Below are positions 1 through 11,469 of a stretch of 64,000 nucleotides of DNA, in pieces. The notes under the pieces were generated by a model. The model did not search any database and was not told the DNA's origin. It saw only the letters and a program-made list of their open reading frames with translations. Position 1 is the first letter of the stretch; each line of letters starts with the position of its first letter. This DNA comes from Sphyrna mokarran. Its lineage: Eukaryota. The stretch is from positions 2,108,001 to 2,172,000 of the forward strand of contig JAGIQG010000016.1 of the NCBI GenBank assembly GCA_024679065.1, written 5' to 3'. A program made the position numbers and the translations under genes.

Positions 1-450
1 GGAGGTGGAGAGGGAAGGATGGATAGAGGAGGAGGCAGGAAATGGAGAGGGAGGGATGGATGGAGAGGTGGGGAGGGATGGATGGAGAGGTGGGGAGGGA
101 GATGAGGAGGGAGGGAGGGAGATGAGGAGGGAGGGAGGGAAAGTAAGGGAGGGAGAAGGGAGTATGAGGAAGGGAGGGAGGGAGAGAGAGGGAGGAGAGT
201 AAGGGAGGGAGATGAGGACGGAGGGAGGGAGATGAGGACGGAGCCAGGGGCGAAGGAGGGAGGGAGGGAGATGAGGAGGGAGGGAGGGAGATGAGGAGGA
301 GGGAGGGAGAGAGGAGGGAGGGATGAGGAAGGAGGGGGAGATGAGGAGGGAGGAGGGGAGAGAGGAGGGAAGGAGAAAAGGAGACGAGGAGGGAGGGAGA
401 TGAGGAGGGAGGGAGATGAGGAGGGAGGGAGATGAGGAGGAAGGGGAGGG
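1..450. repeat. Purine-rich low-complexity tract (GGAG/GAGATGAG units) in intron 4 of the PP2A scaffold gene
   Basis: Almost pure G/A sequence; ORF 5..202 is an artefact. Confidence 0.9.
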
Positions 451-755
451 AGCCACATCACGAGGTGTGGTTTTGAGATGGAAAAGTGAATGAGGTGAAT
501 AAAGAGCTGAATTTGAAATCACAGCGCGATTGGCAAGGCCAAATCATTCACCGTTTCCCAGCACACAAACAGGCCTTTCGGCCTATATCCATATTCAATC
601 CCACACTCACTGAAATCCCGGAGTCCCAAAGTCCAAACTGGAGGCAAATATTATAAAATCGTACCCCCCAGCAATCTCCGTCTCGTTCTATTCCTCCCTC
701 ATGCGTTTATTCAGGTTCCTCTTAAATACATTGATAATATTCACCTAAAGCATTT

Positions 756-1178
756 CCCGTGGGAGCGGCTCCCGCATTCTCCCCCGCTCCCCGTGGGAGC
801 GGCTCCCGCATTCCCCCCCGCTCCCCGTGGGAGCGGCTCCCGCATTCCCCCCCGCTCCCCGTGGGAGCGGCTCCCGCATTCCCCCCCGCTCCCCGTGGGA
901 GCGGCTCCCGCATTCCCCCCCGCTCCCCGTGGGAGCGGCTCCCGCATTCCCCCCCCCCCCGCTCCCCGTGGGAGCGGCTCCCGCATTCCCCCCCGCTCCC
1001 CGTGGGAGCGGCTCCCGCATTCCCCCCCGCTCCCCGTGGGAGCGGCTCCCGCATTCCCCCCCGCTCCCCGTGGGAGCGGCTCCCGCATTCCCCCCCGCTC
1101 CCCGTGGGAGCGGCTCCCGCATTCTCCCCCGCTCCCCGTGGGAGCGGCTCCCGCATTCCCCCCACTCTCCCCGTGGGA
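756..1178. repeat. 34-bp GC-rich minisatellite, about 12 copies (CCCCGTGGGAGCGGCTCCCGCATTCCCCCCCGCT), inside a decayed CR1-like fragment
   Basis: Near-identical direct tandem units without spacers; runs into CR1-like ctccccactctccaggtaaagaagtttctcctgaattcc. Confidence 0.93.
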
Positions 1179-1543
1179 ACAAGTTCTACGTTCTCCCCAC
1201 TCTCCAGGTAAAGAAGTTTCTCCTGAATTCCTGGTTGGATTAATTAGTGAGTGTCACATATCAATGGTTCTGCTCTGACATCTAATCCTGGGCTTCACTT
1301 CCTACCTTAGAGCAATCATGATGCTCCTTGATTGCTAAGAAGCATTTTGAGAAACCACATAGTGCCAGTAGGCGCTACAGAAATGCAGATCTATCTTTAT
1401 ATTGAATGTCTCAAAGCGGTGTTCCGATCCTCAGCCTGAGCAATAGGTGGATTTGGCCTTCAGAAAACACATCATCACAATCCCCTGCCCCCCCACCGCA
1501 TGGCTCCAACGTCTCTTGCACCTGCTCAGTGTGCCATACTCAC

Positions 1544-1776
1544 AGCCTCAACTCTGCCTTGACGGGGTTGGGGACTCGCTGGTAACACACGCTGAAGAGG
1601 CCGCACGCCGATGTCCGCGAGGTGAACCAGTCGCCACTGGCCAAGCGCTTAACCAGCGGCACAAAGTATCGCTCCAGATCGAGTGCCGAGTGCTCCTTGG
1701 AGATGGCACGCAGCGACTCCACTGCCTTGTCCCTCACCACTGTCTCCTCCACTGTGGCCAGGCTTTCCAGCGGAGG
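1544..1776 (-). CDS. PPP2R1A: PP2A scaffold subunit A, coding exon 4 (233 nt): [77 protein letters not shown]
   Basis: Recognised HEAT-repeat sequence; AG acceptor at 1778-1777, GTGAG donor at 1543-1539; frame continuous with exon 3. Alpha versus beta paralogue call rests on PPLES/RAIS/ELR residues only. Confidence 0.95.
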
Positions 1777-1879
1777 CTGATTCCAGGAGGTGGGGGGAGG
1801 ACAAGAAATACAGGCATTTACACAGAAATATTACCACAATGTATCCGAGAATTGTGCACAGACAAACTCGAGGAGATGC

Positions 1880-2000
1880 AGAATGGGTCTGTGTAACAGG
1901 ATCGAGGAACTGAATGGCCTCCTCCTGTTCCTGTGTAACAGGCTCGAGGGGCTGAATGGGGCCTCCTCCTGTTCCTGTGTAATGGGGGATCCTTCCTGTC
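1880..2000 (+). repeat. Short array of the ~43-bp CTCCTCCTGTTCCTGTGTAACAGGCTCGAGGGGCTGAATGGGGC repeat
   Basis: Same unit as arrays at 44.9, 46.1 and 50.5 kb. Confidence 0.8.
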
Positions 2001-2013
2001 TAGATGGGTCTGA

Positions 2014-2240
2014 TGTACAGATGCCGGCGTTGGATTGGGGTGGTAAGAACTCAGTAAGAATTTAGCAACATCAATTTATAATCCAACCGATTTATTTGAT
2101 AGTAAAAAAGCAAGCTTTCGACTCTGTGTCTTCCTCAGGCAAATGCAGTGTTCTGGTCTGCATTTGCCTGAGGAAGACACAGAGTCGAAAGCTCGCTTTT
2201 TTACTATCAAATAAATCGGTTGGATTATAAATTGGTGTTG
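2014..2240. mobile_element. Palindromic Penelope-like insertion with hammerhead-type motifs
   Basis: 86-bp inverted arms (2063-2148 / 2158-2243), 9-nt loop, 14-bp direct repeat CTAGATGGGTCTGA at 2000-2013 and 2241-2254; CTGAGGA-A-GACacagaGTC-GAAA-GCTC core at 2168-2194. Confidence 0.85.
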
Positions 2241-2493
2241 CTAGATGGGTCTGAACAGAGTGCAGTAGAATTGAAGCATCTCTTATACGGGATTGGAACC
2301 CAGCCTGCTTGAGATAAGGTCCAACATTCCAATAGCCTTTGAGTAAAAGTTTGTGTTGTATTGCCCACCTGGGTTTGGCAATCTGGCTGAGTTTTCTGCA
2401 GTTCCACCTGACAATCTGTTCATTCAGACCAGACAGGGAACATCACCCACTCCCTGAGCCCCATACCGCATAGCAAAGATCTCAACAACTCAC

Positions 2494-2594
2494 CAGCAAA
2501 CAGTTTACAAAGGTAGGGCCTCCCACCAGGGCTGTGAACGATCCCAGCTGTTCAGCCAGGGCCAACAGCACCTCATCTTCATCATATATTGTGT
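2494..2594 (-). CDS. PPP2R1A: PP2A scaffold subunit A, coding exon 3 (101 nt): [34 protein letters not shown]
   Basis: Recognised sequence; acceptor at 2596-2595, GTGAG donor at 2493-2489; phases 1/0 fit neighbours. Confidence 0.95.
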
Positions 2595-2659
2595 CTGCAA
2601 CATAAAAAAAACAAAAACCCACCCAGCATGAAAATCGAGCACTGGCATCTGTGGGAATC

Positions 2660-3540
2660 TGACTCAAACCTTATCTGGCCACTCTTAGAATACTGTGCAC
2701 AGTTCCAATCTTCACATCCCTCAGTTAGACCCACACTCGGAGCTCTGTGCACAGTTCCAGTCTCCATATCCCTCGGTTAGACCCACACTCGGAGCCCTGT
2801 GCACAGTTCCAGTCTCCATATCCCTCGGTTAGACCCACACTCGGAGCACTGTGCACAGTTCCAGTCTCCATATCCCTCGGTTAGACCCACACTCGGAGCA
2901 CTGTGCACAGTTCCAGTCTTCACATCCCTCAGTTAGACCCGCACTCGGAGCACTGTGCACAGTTCCAGTCTCCATATCCCTCGGTTAGACCCACACTCGG
3001 AGCACTGTGCACAGTTTCAGTCTCCATATCCCTCGGTTAGACCACACTTGGAGCACTGTGCACAGTTCTGGTTTCCATATCCCTCGGTTAGACCACACTC
3101 GGAGCACTGTGCACAGTTCTGGTTTCCATATCCCTCGGTTAGACCCACACTCGGAGCACTGTGCACAGTTCTGGTTTCCATATCTTTCGGTTAGACCCAC
3201 ACTCGGAGCACTGTGCACAGTTCTGGTTTCTATATCTTTCGGTTAGACCACACTGGGAACACTGTGCACAGATTTGGTCTTGTACAATAGAAGTAGAAAC
3301 ACTTGAAAAGATGCAAAAATTATTTAAAAAGACGATTCCAGTATTGCAGTATTAGGCTATAGTTTATTCCTCGAGAAAGGAGAAGCTTAGGGGTTGACCT
3401 GACAAAGTCTTTAAAATGATGAGAGAGTTTCATTCGGGTTGATATCGAGAAAATGTTTCCACAAAATGCAGTACTGAAGGAGCAACGATCAAATAAGATA
3501 ATCACAAATAAATCCATTGAGAAATCTGGGAGAAATATTT
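2660..3540 (+). repeat. 52-bp minisatellite (about 11 copies, to ~3270) amplified from a CR1 ORF2 segment, followed by a decayed CR1 3' fragment
   Basis: Unit TCCCTCGGTTAGACCCACACTCGGAGCACTGTGCACAGTTCCAGTCTCCATA translates to VRPHSEHCAQF, matching CR1 VRPHLEYCVQFW seen elsewhere in the window. Confidence 0.9.
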
Positions 3541-3565
3541 TTCTCTCTCTTTCTACCTCGCACTA

Positions 3566-3763
<198 letters not shown>

Positions 3764-4029
3764 TCAAAACCTCACCCGGTTTTAATCCTGCTATCATTCT
3801 CAGGAAGATTGCTACCTCTGCTTGTCCCCGGGGCAACACATCCAGCATGCGGTGTAACATCTTTCACACACAAATGTACTCGCCATTACCCACCAACTCA
3901 CCATTAACAACATCAGGAACAGCAGAAAGCCATTCAGCCCTTCAACCCTCTTCCCCCATCCATCAAGATGGCAGCAAATCCACTTCATAGAATCTCATTG
4001 TCGCCCATACTGATCCCTTCCTCAGGCCC

Positions 4030-4550
4030 CTCCTCCACTGACCTCTCTCCCTCACTGAACTTGCCCTCTTTCTCTGACCCCTCCCCTCACTTACCCCCTT
4101 TTCTGACACCCCCCACTGACCCTTCCCCCTCACTAACCTGCCTCCTCATTGACCCCTCCTCCTCCTGAACCCTGCCACCCTCACTGACCCTGCCCCTCAC
4201 TGACCCTTCCCCCTCACTGACCCTTCCCCTCACTGACTCTTCCTCTCAGACCCCTCCCCCTCACTGACACATCCCTCTCACTGACCATTCCCCTTCATTG
4301 ATCCTGCCCCCTCACTGACCGCTCTCACTCACTAACCACTTCCTTTCACTGACCCTCCATCTCACTTACCCCTCCCCCGGCTAGAGCCTCCCATCCACAA
4401 CTGCAAAAAACACCACACCACCTGCCGTANNNNNNNNNNNNNNNNNNNNNNNNNNNNNNNNNNNNNNNNNNNNNNNNNNNNNNNNNNNNNNNNNNNNNNN
4501 NNNNNCTCCCTGACCCCTCCTCCTCACTGACCCTTCCCCCTGAGGCTCCT
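4030..4550. repeat. Degenerate CCCCTCACTGAC pyrimidine-rich repeat containing an assembly gap (N 4430-4505)
   Basis: Repeated ctcactgaccc units; 76 Ns. Confidence 0.85.
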
Positions 4551-4648
4551 CCCCCTGTTGCCCCGATCTCCCTCTGAGGGGGTTATATTTGCTGTTTATT
4601 TGTCGGTTTTTTGAGGTTTTGATGTATTTAATTCTCTCTCCCGCTCAC

Positions 4649-4732
4649 CTGCACATCTTCATTCCGCAGCTCGTCGATCAGCACGGCTATGGGGTACAGA
4701 GAATCATCACCAACCGCCGAAGAGGCGGCCAT
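4649..4732 (-). CDS. PPP2R1A: PP2A scaffold subunit A, coding exon 1 (84 nt): MAASSAVGDDSLYPIAVLIDELRNEDVQ
   Basis: Hallmark N-terminus DDSLYPIAVLIDELRNEDVQ; ATG at 4732-4730 in GCTATGG context; CAG/GTGAG donor. Confidence 0.96.
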
Positions 4733-5300
4733 AGCGAGGGCAGGACCTGAAGAGAGAGGGCGGGGCCTGGCCAGGGGTGGGGCAGGACCGAGCGCGTGGC
4801 CTGCAGCGAATGGGCGGGGACTGGGAGGGAAGGGGCGTGGTCTGTAGAGAGGGGCGGAGCCTAGGCAGGGGGGGCGGAACTGAGAGGGGTCGGGGGCCGG
4901 TAGTGAATGGGTGGGAAGTGGAGAAGGGGCGCGGTCTGGAGAGAGAGGGGCGCGGAGGGAGCGGGATATGGAGAGCAGGCGGTGGGGTTTGGGGGCCAGC
5001 GGGATCTGGTGTGAAACGTTAACTGGGGCGCGGCCCCATCCTCCTCCGCCTGCCGCGTCTGCGCATTGGCTCCGCGTAGAGAGACACACCGTCTCCTCGT
5101 GCCGCTTCACGAGCGATGGGCACGACACGCGCCTGCGTCTCGCGGGACAGCCGTTGGCGGTTGGTTGCTCGCGCGTGCGCAGTCCGGGGCCGAACTGTGG
5201 GGATGACCAACCGTTCCCGCCCAAATTGGTTGCCAACCCTCCCGGAATCTCCATTGGCACTGATTGCAACTGGAATTTCCTGAGGCAAACCCTGACTGGG
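4733..5300 (-). promoter_or_regulatory. CpG-rich housekeeping promoter / 5' UTR of the PP2A scaffold gene
   Basis: High CpG density against a CpG-poor background, several GC boxes (e.g. GGGCGGGG 4758-4765) and ATTGG/CCAAT motifs; TSS not determinable. Confidence 0.75.
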
Positions 5301-5419
5301 CTCAACCCAGCCTCGCGGAAAGAAAAGGCAAACATGCTCCTTCAACACTCTCCTTTTGTCAATTATCAATATACTGGGGGGTGCCCAGATGTTGACCAAC
5401 AGGCGGGCAGCGTCCTGTG

Positions 5420-6180
5420 GTAGTGGCCTAGCCTCTCTGAGGGCACTCACCTCAGTGAGGACAATAATGTCTCCTTCAATGTCAACAAAACAAAGACTTC
5501 AGGAATTGTAGAGGAGAACATGCCCCTTTGTACATCAACAGGGACGAAGTGGGAAGGATGGACAGCTTCAAGTTTTTAAGTGATCAGATCACCAACAACT
5601 GTCCCGGTCCTCCCCATGCTGACAGTATAGTTAAGAAAGCCCATCAACATCTTTACTTTCTCAGAAACTTAGAAAATTTGACGTCATTTACAATCCTCAC
5701 CAATGTTTATAGATGAACCATAGAAAGCATTCTTTCTGGTTGTTTCACAGATTGGTACGGCTCCTGTTCTGCCCAAGACCACAAGAAACTACAAAAGTTT
5801 GATGTAGCCCAATCCATCACGCAAACCAGCCTCCCATCCATTAACTCTGTCTATACTTCCCACTGCCTCGGCAAAGCAGACAGCATAATTAAGGACGCCC
5901 ACACCCAGACGTTCTCTCTTCCACCTTCTTCCATCAGGAAAAAGATATAAAACTTTGAGGTCATGTACCAACTGACTCAAGAACAGCTTCTTCCCTGCTG
6001 TTAGACCAACCTCGCATTAAGTTGATCTTTCATTAAACCCTAGCTGTGACTTACTACATTCTGCACCCTCTCCTTTCCTACTCCTTTATGTACTGTATGT
6101 ATGGTATGCTTTGTATAGCATGCAAGAAACAATATTTTTTATTGTATCCCAACACATGACAACAGTAGATTAAATCAAAA
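5420..6180 (+). mobile_element. Decayed Rex1/Babar-like LINE 3' fragment
   Basis: Translates to FKFL..ITNN..IVKKAHQHLYFLR; homologous to copies at 21.3, 38.7 and 52.7-57.6 kb. Confidence 0.75.
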
Positions 6181-8177
6181 GGAGGAGAGCTGAGGGATTG
6201 GGGGAATTGATGGTCCAGGATGCAAAGTTTGGATGCATCAGCATGAGGAATGTGACCAACTGGAGTTGGCAACATGATTCACTCACAACAGGGTGGCCCA
6301 TGAGGCTATTTTGTCATTTAGATCAAAATCTAAACAAGTCAGTGAGGAAGACCAGAGAAGAAGGGTGGAGGATGGATGGGAGGGTGGTGCAGGGTGATAG
6401 GAAATCTGCTGTTGTCTGAGGGAGACTTGAAGAAATTTGTGGCAGGAAAATTGACCAGATTCTATTTCCAAAGTTTTGAGAAAGTATGGAGATGGACATC
6501 GTGGGATGGAACCAGGCTCAAGAGTCAGATTAGAATATTCCTGCATCATTTTACAACACCGCAATCGTTTTGTGTTGCCAATTCTCATTGGTTTGATGTT
6601 TCAGGCCCCAATGATGTCACTCGGAGTCAAGCTCGCATAGAATCACATTCGATTCAAAGGTTTCTTCGTTCAGAAGCTCTGGATCAAGCTCTACTGAGAA
6701 GGAAATCCAAAACGTTCAGGAATTTTGTAATTATTTTCCAGGAAGAAGTTGAAAGTGGTGTTACTCATTCCCGTCACAGAAAGACTCTGTTTCTTGACTC
6801 AGCAAGCTGATTTGAGGCTTACCTGCTGGATGTATGACTTTACGTCAGGTGAGACTGGGTAAACAGTTTTAAAGTCTCAGAGAGAGAGAGAGATGCAGCT
6901 GCTGTATTGTGCACAGGTAACATCGCTCACCTTGTTTCAGATGACTGTAATACAAAATCTCTTCATTTCATTTTCAAAGCATCCCTGAAGAGATCATGCC
7001 TCTCCACCAACCCGTGAGGGTCAAAATTGGGAGTTTTTTATGATCCCAGTTGATGTGGATACTGGGCAGTCAAGTCCCAGAATATAACCCTGGCTCGATG
7101 GATTGTAAAATTTTTTTGTTTCGTTTAGAGACATGGATGAAGAGAATCACAAGTCTGCCAATTAACTTCTAACAAAAGAATAAAACATATTCTCATCATC
7201 TTTTCATGTTTGATACAAGTCTCCTTCATCTCATTCATATTTTCGCCTAAGCACACAGATTTTTAATGTTCTCAGTAAGTACACAGTCCATGTAAACCAA
7301 CAGGGTAACTGTGGTCTAATCACATTTTGAACTCAAGTAGCAAATGCCACTCAATGTATCTTCTTATCAAATCCCCACAACTGGCCTCACTGGAACTCTG
7401 ATTTCAACATATGTGTTTCCAAATTCCATTCTCAAAAATTTTCCTTAAACTCTGGTTATTTTTACATTGCAAACCCTATAATTATCATGTCGGCACAGTT
7501 TATAATGAAATAAAAGCCCACAGGTATGTTTAACATGAGTAACTGAAGTTCTGACCCTTATACAGAATACTTAGAGCCATACCTTGATTCCAAAACTCTC
7601 TAACACAAATACACATTACTTGGAATTACCTGTTTGATTGCTGAGAATGTTCAGCTGGGAAGTGACGAAGCCAGAGAGAGACTTCGCTGGGGACAAGCAG
7701 AGGCGAAGTCAGAGAGTGCAAACAAACTCTCCCAACCCTCCAAGCATCTCCTATCCCGCCACGGGACAGAGTCTGCAGATAATGCATTAGAATGAAGTAG
7801 CGATCCTGGAATCCATCCGAAGAGACTATCCCAAGGAACTGCAAGAGACTGGTGAGTGTTACTGATTCTGAATGTATACAGTATTTTTCATAATTGCTGG
7901 TGTATTTTATATTGCAGGTTATTGCAGTTAGGATTACACAGAGCTGCATGTGTACAATACAGTGTTTCAATGTGGACTTTGTATTTTCTGGGTGAGAACT
8001 GTCTGAAGGAACAGACTCTGGTTTTAACACAGATTCCTGTGAGAACACATGATTCGCTAAAAGTTGTTTCATCTAAAGTCACCATTTTCAGGGATGTGAT
8101 TGTAACTTTAAGCGAGGACTCCCTGTACCTGTGATCAATTCTGGGCTCTGAGCCTTAGGAAGAATTCAACAGAATTT

Positions 8178-9307
8178 CCCACATGCAAGACTTCTGGAGA
8201 AGGTGAGAGGGCATGGGATCCAAGGGGCTTTGGCCTCGTGGATCCAGAACTGGCTTGCCGGCAGAAGGCAGAGACTGATTGTGGATGGGTCTTGTTCTGC
8301 ATGGAGGTCGGTAACCAGTGGAGTGTCCCAGGGATCTGTTCTGAGACCCCTGTTGTTTGTCATTTTCATAAATGACCTGGATGAGGAAGTGGAGGGATGG
8401 GTTAGCAAGTTCGCCAACGATACAAAGATCGGTGGTGTTGTGGATGGTCTGGAGGGATGCCAAAAGTTGCAGCAGGACATAGACAGGATGCAAGACTGGG
8501 CGGACAAGTGGCAGATGGACTTCAACGCAGATAAATGTGTAGTGGTCCATTTTGGCAGGAATAATGGGATGAAGGAGTACAATATAAGGGGTAGGAGTCT
8601 TAACTGTGTTGTAGAGCAGAAGGATCTCGGGGTCCGGGTCCATAGGACTCTTAAATCGGCCTCGCAGGTGGAGGAAGTGGTCAAGAAGGCATACGGTGTA
8701 CTGGCCTTCATTAATCGAGGAATGGAGTTTAGGAGTCAGGAGGTAATGATGCAGCTCTATAAGACTCTTGTCAGACCCCAGTTGGAGTATTGTGCGCAGT
8801 TCTGGTCTCCTCATTATAGGAAGGATGTAGAGGCTATTGAGAGAGTTCAGAGGAGATTTACAAGGATGCTGCCTGGATTGGGAGGCAGGCCTTATGAAGA
8901 TAGGTTGAGGGAGCTGGGACTCTTCTCACTGGGGAGACGTAGGTTGAGAGGCGACCTGATAGAGGTTTATAAAATGTTGAGAGGAATAGATAGGGTGGAC
9001 TCTCAGAGACTATTTCCCCGAGCTGAATTGGTCACTACGAGAGGACACAGATTTAAGGTGCAGGGAAGCAAATACAAAGGAGATGTCAGGGGTAGGTTTT
9101 TCACTCAGAGGGTGGTGAGTGAATGGAACCGACTGCCGTCGGAGGTTGTTGAGGCAAACTCAATGGGGTCTTTTAAGAGACTTCTGGATGAGTATATGGA
9201 AAAGAATAGGATAGGGGGTTATAGATAGGTCTGTGGATTGGTAGATGTGATCGGCGCAACTCGTGGGCCGAAGGGCCTGTTTGTGCTGTATTGTTTTATG
9301 TTCTATG
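8178..9307 (+). mobile_element. Young 5'-truncated CR1 LINE with an open 341-aa RT C-terminal frame
   Basis: SGVSQGSVLRP, SKFANDTK (catalytic FADD altered), RPQLEYCAQFWSP; ends in TTTTATGTTCTATG tail. Confidence 0.95.
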
Positions 9308-10129
9308 ATCCTAGAGCTAAAGGTTAAATTTGAGGGAGGACAGGTTAAGTGGAAGAGCTCCTGAAACGTGCACAGATTCAGGATCCATGGTAACCTTGCG
9401 GGCAGTTATTGTGCTGTACCACTCAGAGGAGTGCTCTATTTACAAGGTCAGATCACATAGCAACTGGAAAGTGTTTTCCCCTACACTTTATTCTCCTTGT
9501 GATTGGATGTGTACCCATTCCCGGTGTTTGCCGCTATAGCCATCCTATTTCTGTGTCAATTGTAGTTAATGTCAGTATTCTCCGGTCCTTACAGCAGTGA
9601 TTGATACTAGTGTCCAGTTGAACAGCTGCAGCATCGTACATGTACTGTCCCATTCTTGGCTATACCTGCGGACAAACATGGGGGTACCATACTTGAACAC
9701 AATTTAGTACTGAGACAACCCTTGCTTCAGAAACTGGGAGTGGGAGGGGGGACAGGGAGGGGTGGGGAGAAGGGGAGTGGATCCAGCAAGAGTTGAAGAG
9801 CAGGGCAGTAATTTTCTTTCCCAGTCCGTAACCCAAGAGTTTGGTGAAATCTTTCAACCCAACACAGATCAGGATCTGTGTCCATAAACGGTGTAGCACA
9901 GTTCCACCTCAACCCTCAGCCATCAGGGCAAATGGGAATTGATCATCCAACCAGTGAAAGGTTGTGAATTCTCACTGTAACTCACTCTGTTAACAAAGCT
10001 TTTTCATCCTGCTATAGCACACAAAACATCCACAAGCAAACTGTTATAAAGGGGGAGTTGATTTCCATCTCACCACCCCTCCGCCAACACCAGGAACTAA
10101 CACCTAACCTCTCAGAGGAGTATCGCGTC

Positions 10130-11465
10130 CTTTTATCTGTCAGAGTGAGTATGAGAAATAGTGCAATCTACTCTTCAGCAACTTTTTGTGATTCATCAAA
10201 TATAACTATCTGAGAGTCTCTCTTTAAAATCAACGAGTAATTCTTTATTCGTTGAAATAACAATGAACAAGTTAATTAAACTATTAACAAATCAAATAAA
10301 ACATGATTCTAATGGAATGCTATTTAGATAAATACAATCCCCACTCATGAACAACAAAAATAAAACTTTTCGTCGTTCTCTAAATTACAAATAGGTTTTT
10401 ATCTTGTGGAATCTTCTGTCTGGAATCTCTATCTTCTTTTGGGACCTTTGCTATCCAGATGAGACTTTGAGCTAAAAACTGTTAGCTGTAGCAGAGAACA
10501 GTTGCGGAATCGCTCTAGAGCTGATAGCTGTCTCTCTCTAAAGCTGTGAGCTATAGCAGATGCTCTTCTCTCATTTGAGCCGCTGTCCCCTTCTCTTATA
10601 CCCCTGATGACATACCAACATCCCCACATTAGGATTGGTTCTCAGGTTACCAAAATATCAAATTTTAATCTAATAGGCTGCTGGTAGTTAAGTGTCAAGT
10701 TTAAATCAATTGGCCAAATTCAAAAGCAACCTGTTATCTTGATAACATTGCTGTTTGGCCTGTAATACAATGTTACATTCTGTTTTTTCCATATGCACCT
10801 GTATCCTTTTTTAAAAACTGTACGTACAGAAAAAGCACTACCTTTGTAACAGACAATTTTATGCACAGCAACTTCACAAAAAACCTTCCCAGCATAACTT
10901 GCACTGGTCACTATTACATTGAATTGTCTTTTTATTAATCAACCCCTGATCAGGCTGTACATTCTTTTGCACCCCATTAGCTTCAACTGGGCTTTCCCTT
11001 ACCACTTTAACAAACCCCACTAGCTTATCCTGTTTTATCATGTAAGTGCTTTTCTTAAACCACCAAAACTGCGACTTTGTATGTCCTACTTTGTTACAGT
11101 GAAACCACCTTCCACCATCATGGGTTTTCTTTTTAACCTGAAATAAACTATCTTCACCATCACCAATGAGAACGCCTTTACCCTTTCTTCTTGAGCATTT
11201 TCTTTGCCCCAGTTTCTGTCTCTCACAGGCTGAGACTGATGTCGGAAATCGAACTTTTGATTCACGAACTAACTCATAATTATCAACCATTTCTGCAATT
11301 AATCTCACAGTTTTAATTCTCTACTCTTCCACCTGAGTTTTCACTACATTGGGAAGTGAATTTTTAAATTCCTTCAAAATAACCGCTTCTCTAAAAGTGT
11401 CTTGCACCTGATCTATTCACATTGATCTTATCCACCTGTACATGTTATTCTGATCGTTTCAAATT
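10130..11465 (-). mobile_element. Decayed Gypsy-type LTR retroelement remnant: gag-like region with SCAN-like segment and degenerate zinc knuckle, adjacent LTR-like sequence
   Basis: Minus-strand EFKNSLPNVVKTQVEE*RIKTVRLIAEMVDNY and FHCNKVGHTKSQF (decayed CCHC); boundaries approximate. Confidence 0.6.
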
Positions 11466-11469
11466 CTGT

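Noticed and set aside
756-1178. 34-bp repeat with internal palindrome resembling a CRISPR repeat or bacterial REP
   Set aside because: No unique spacers, no cas genes, and it lies in a vertebrate intron continuous with LINE sequence
4628-5450. 235-aa minus ORF and overlapping ORFs as an N-terminal extension or divergent gene
   Set aside because: Only the last 28 codons before the donor match PP2A A; the rest is stop-poor CpG-island sequence
7626-8134. 148-aa and 92-aa ORFs as a gene between the Siglec-like gene and PPP2R1A
   Set aside because: No recognisable domain or exon chain; probably repeat-derived, though a non-coding exon cannot be excluded
8203-9228. 341-aa RT ORF as a retron, group II intron or domesticated RT
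   Set aside because: 5'-truncated CR1 with typical tail, lacking the N-terminal RT motifs, catalytic FADD changed to FAND
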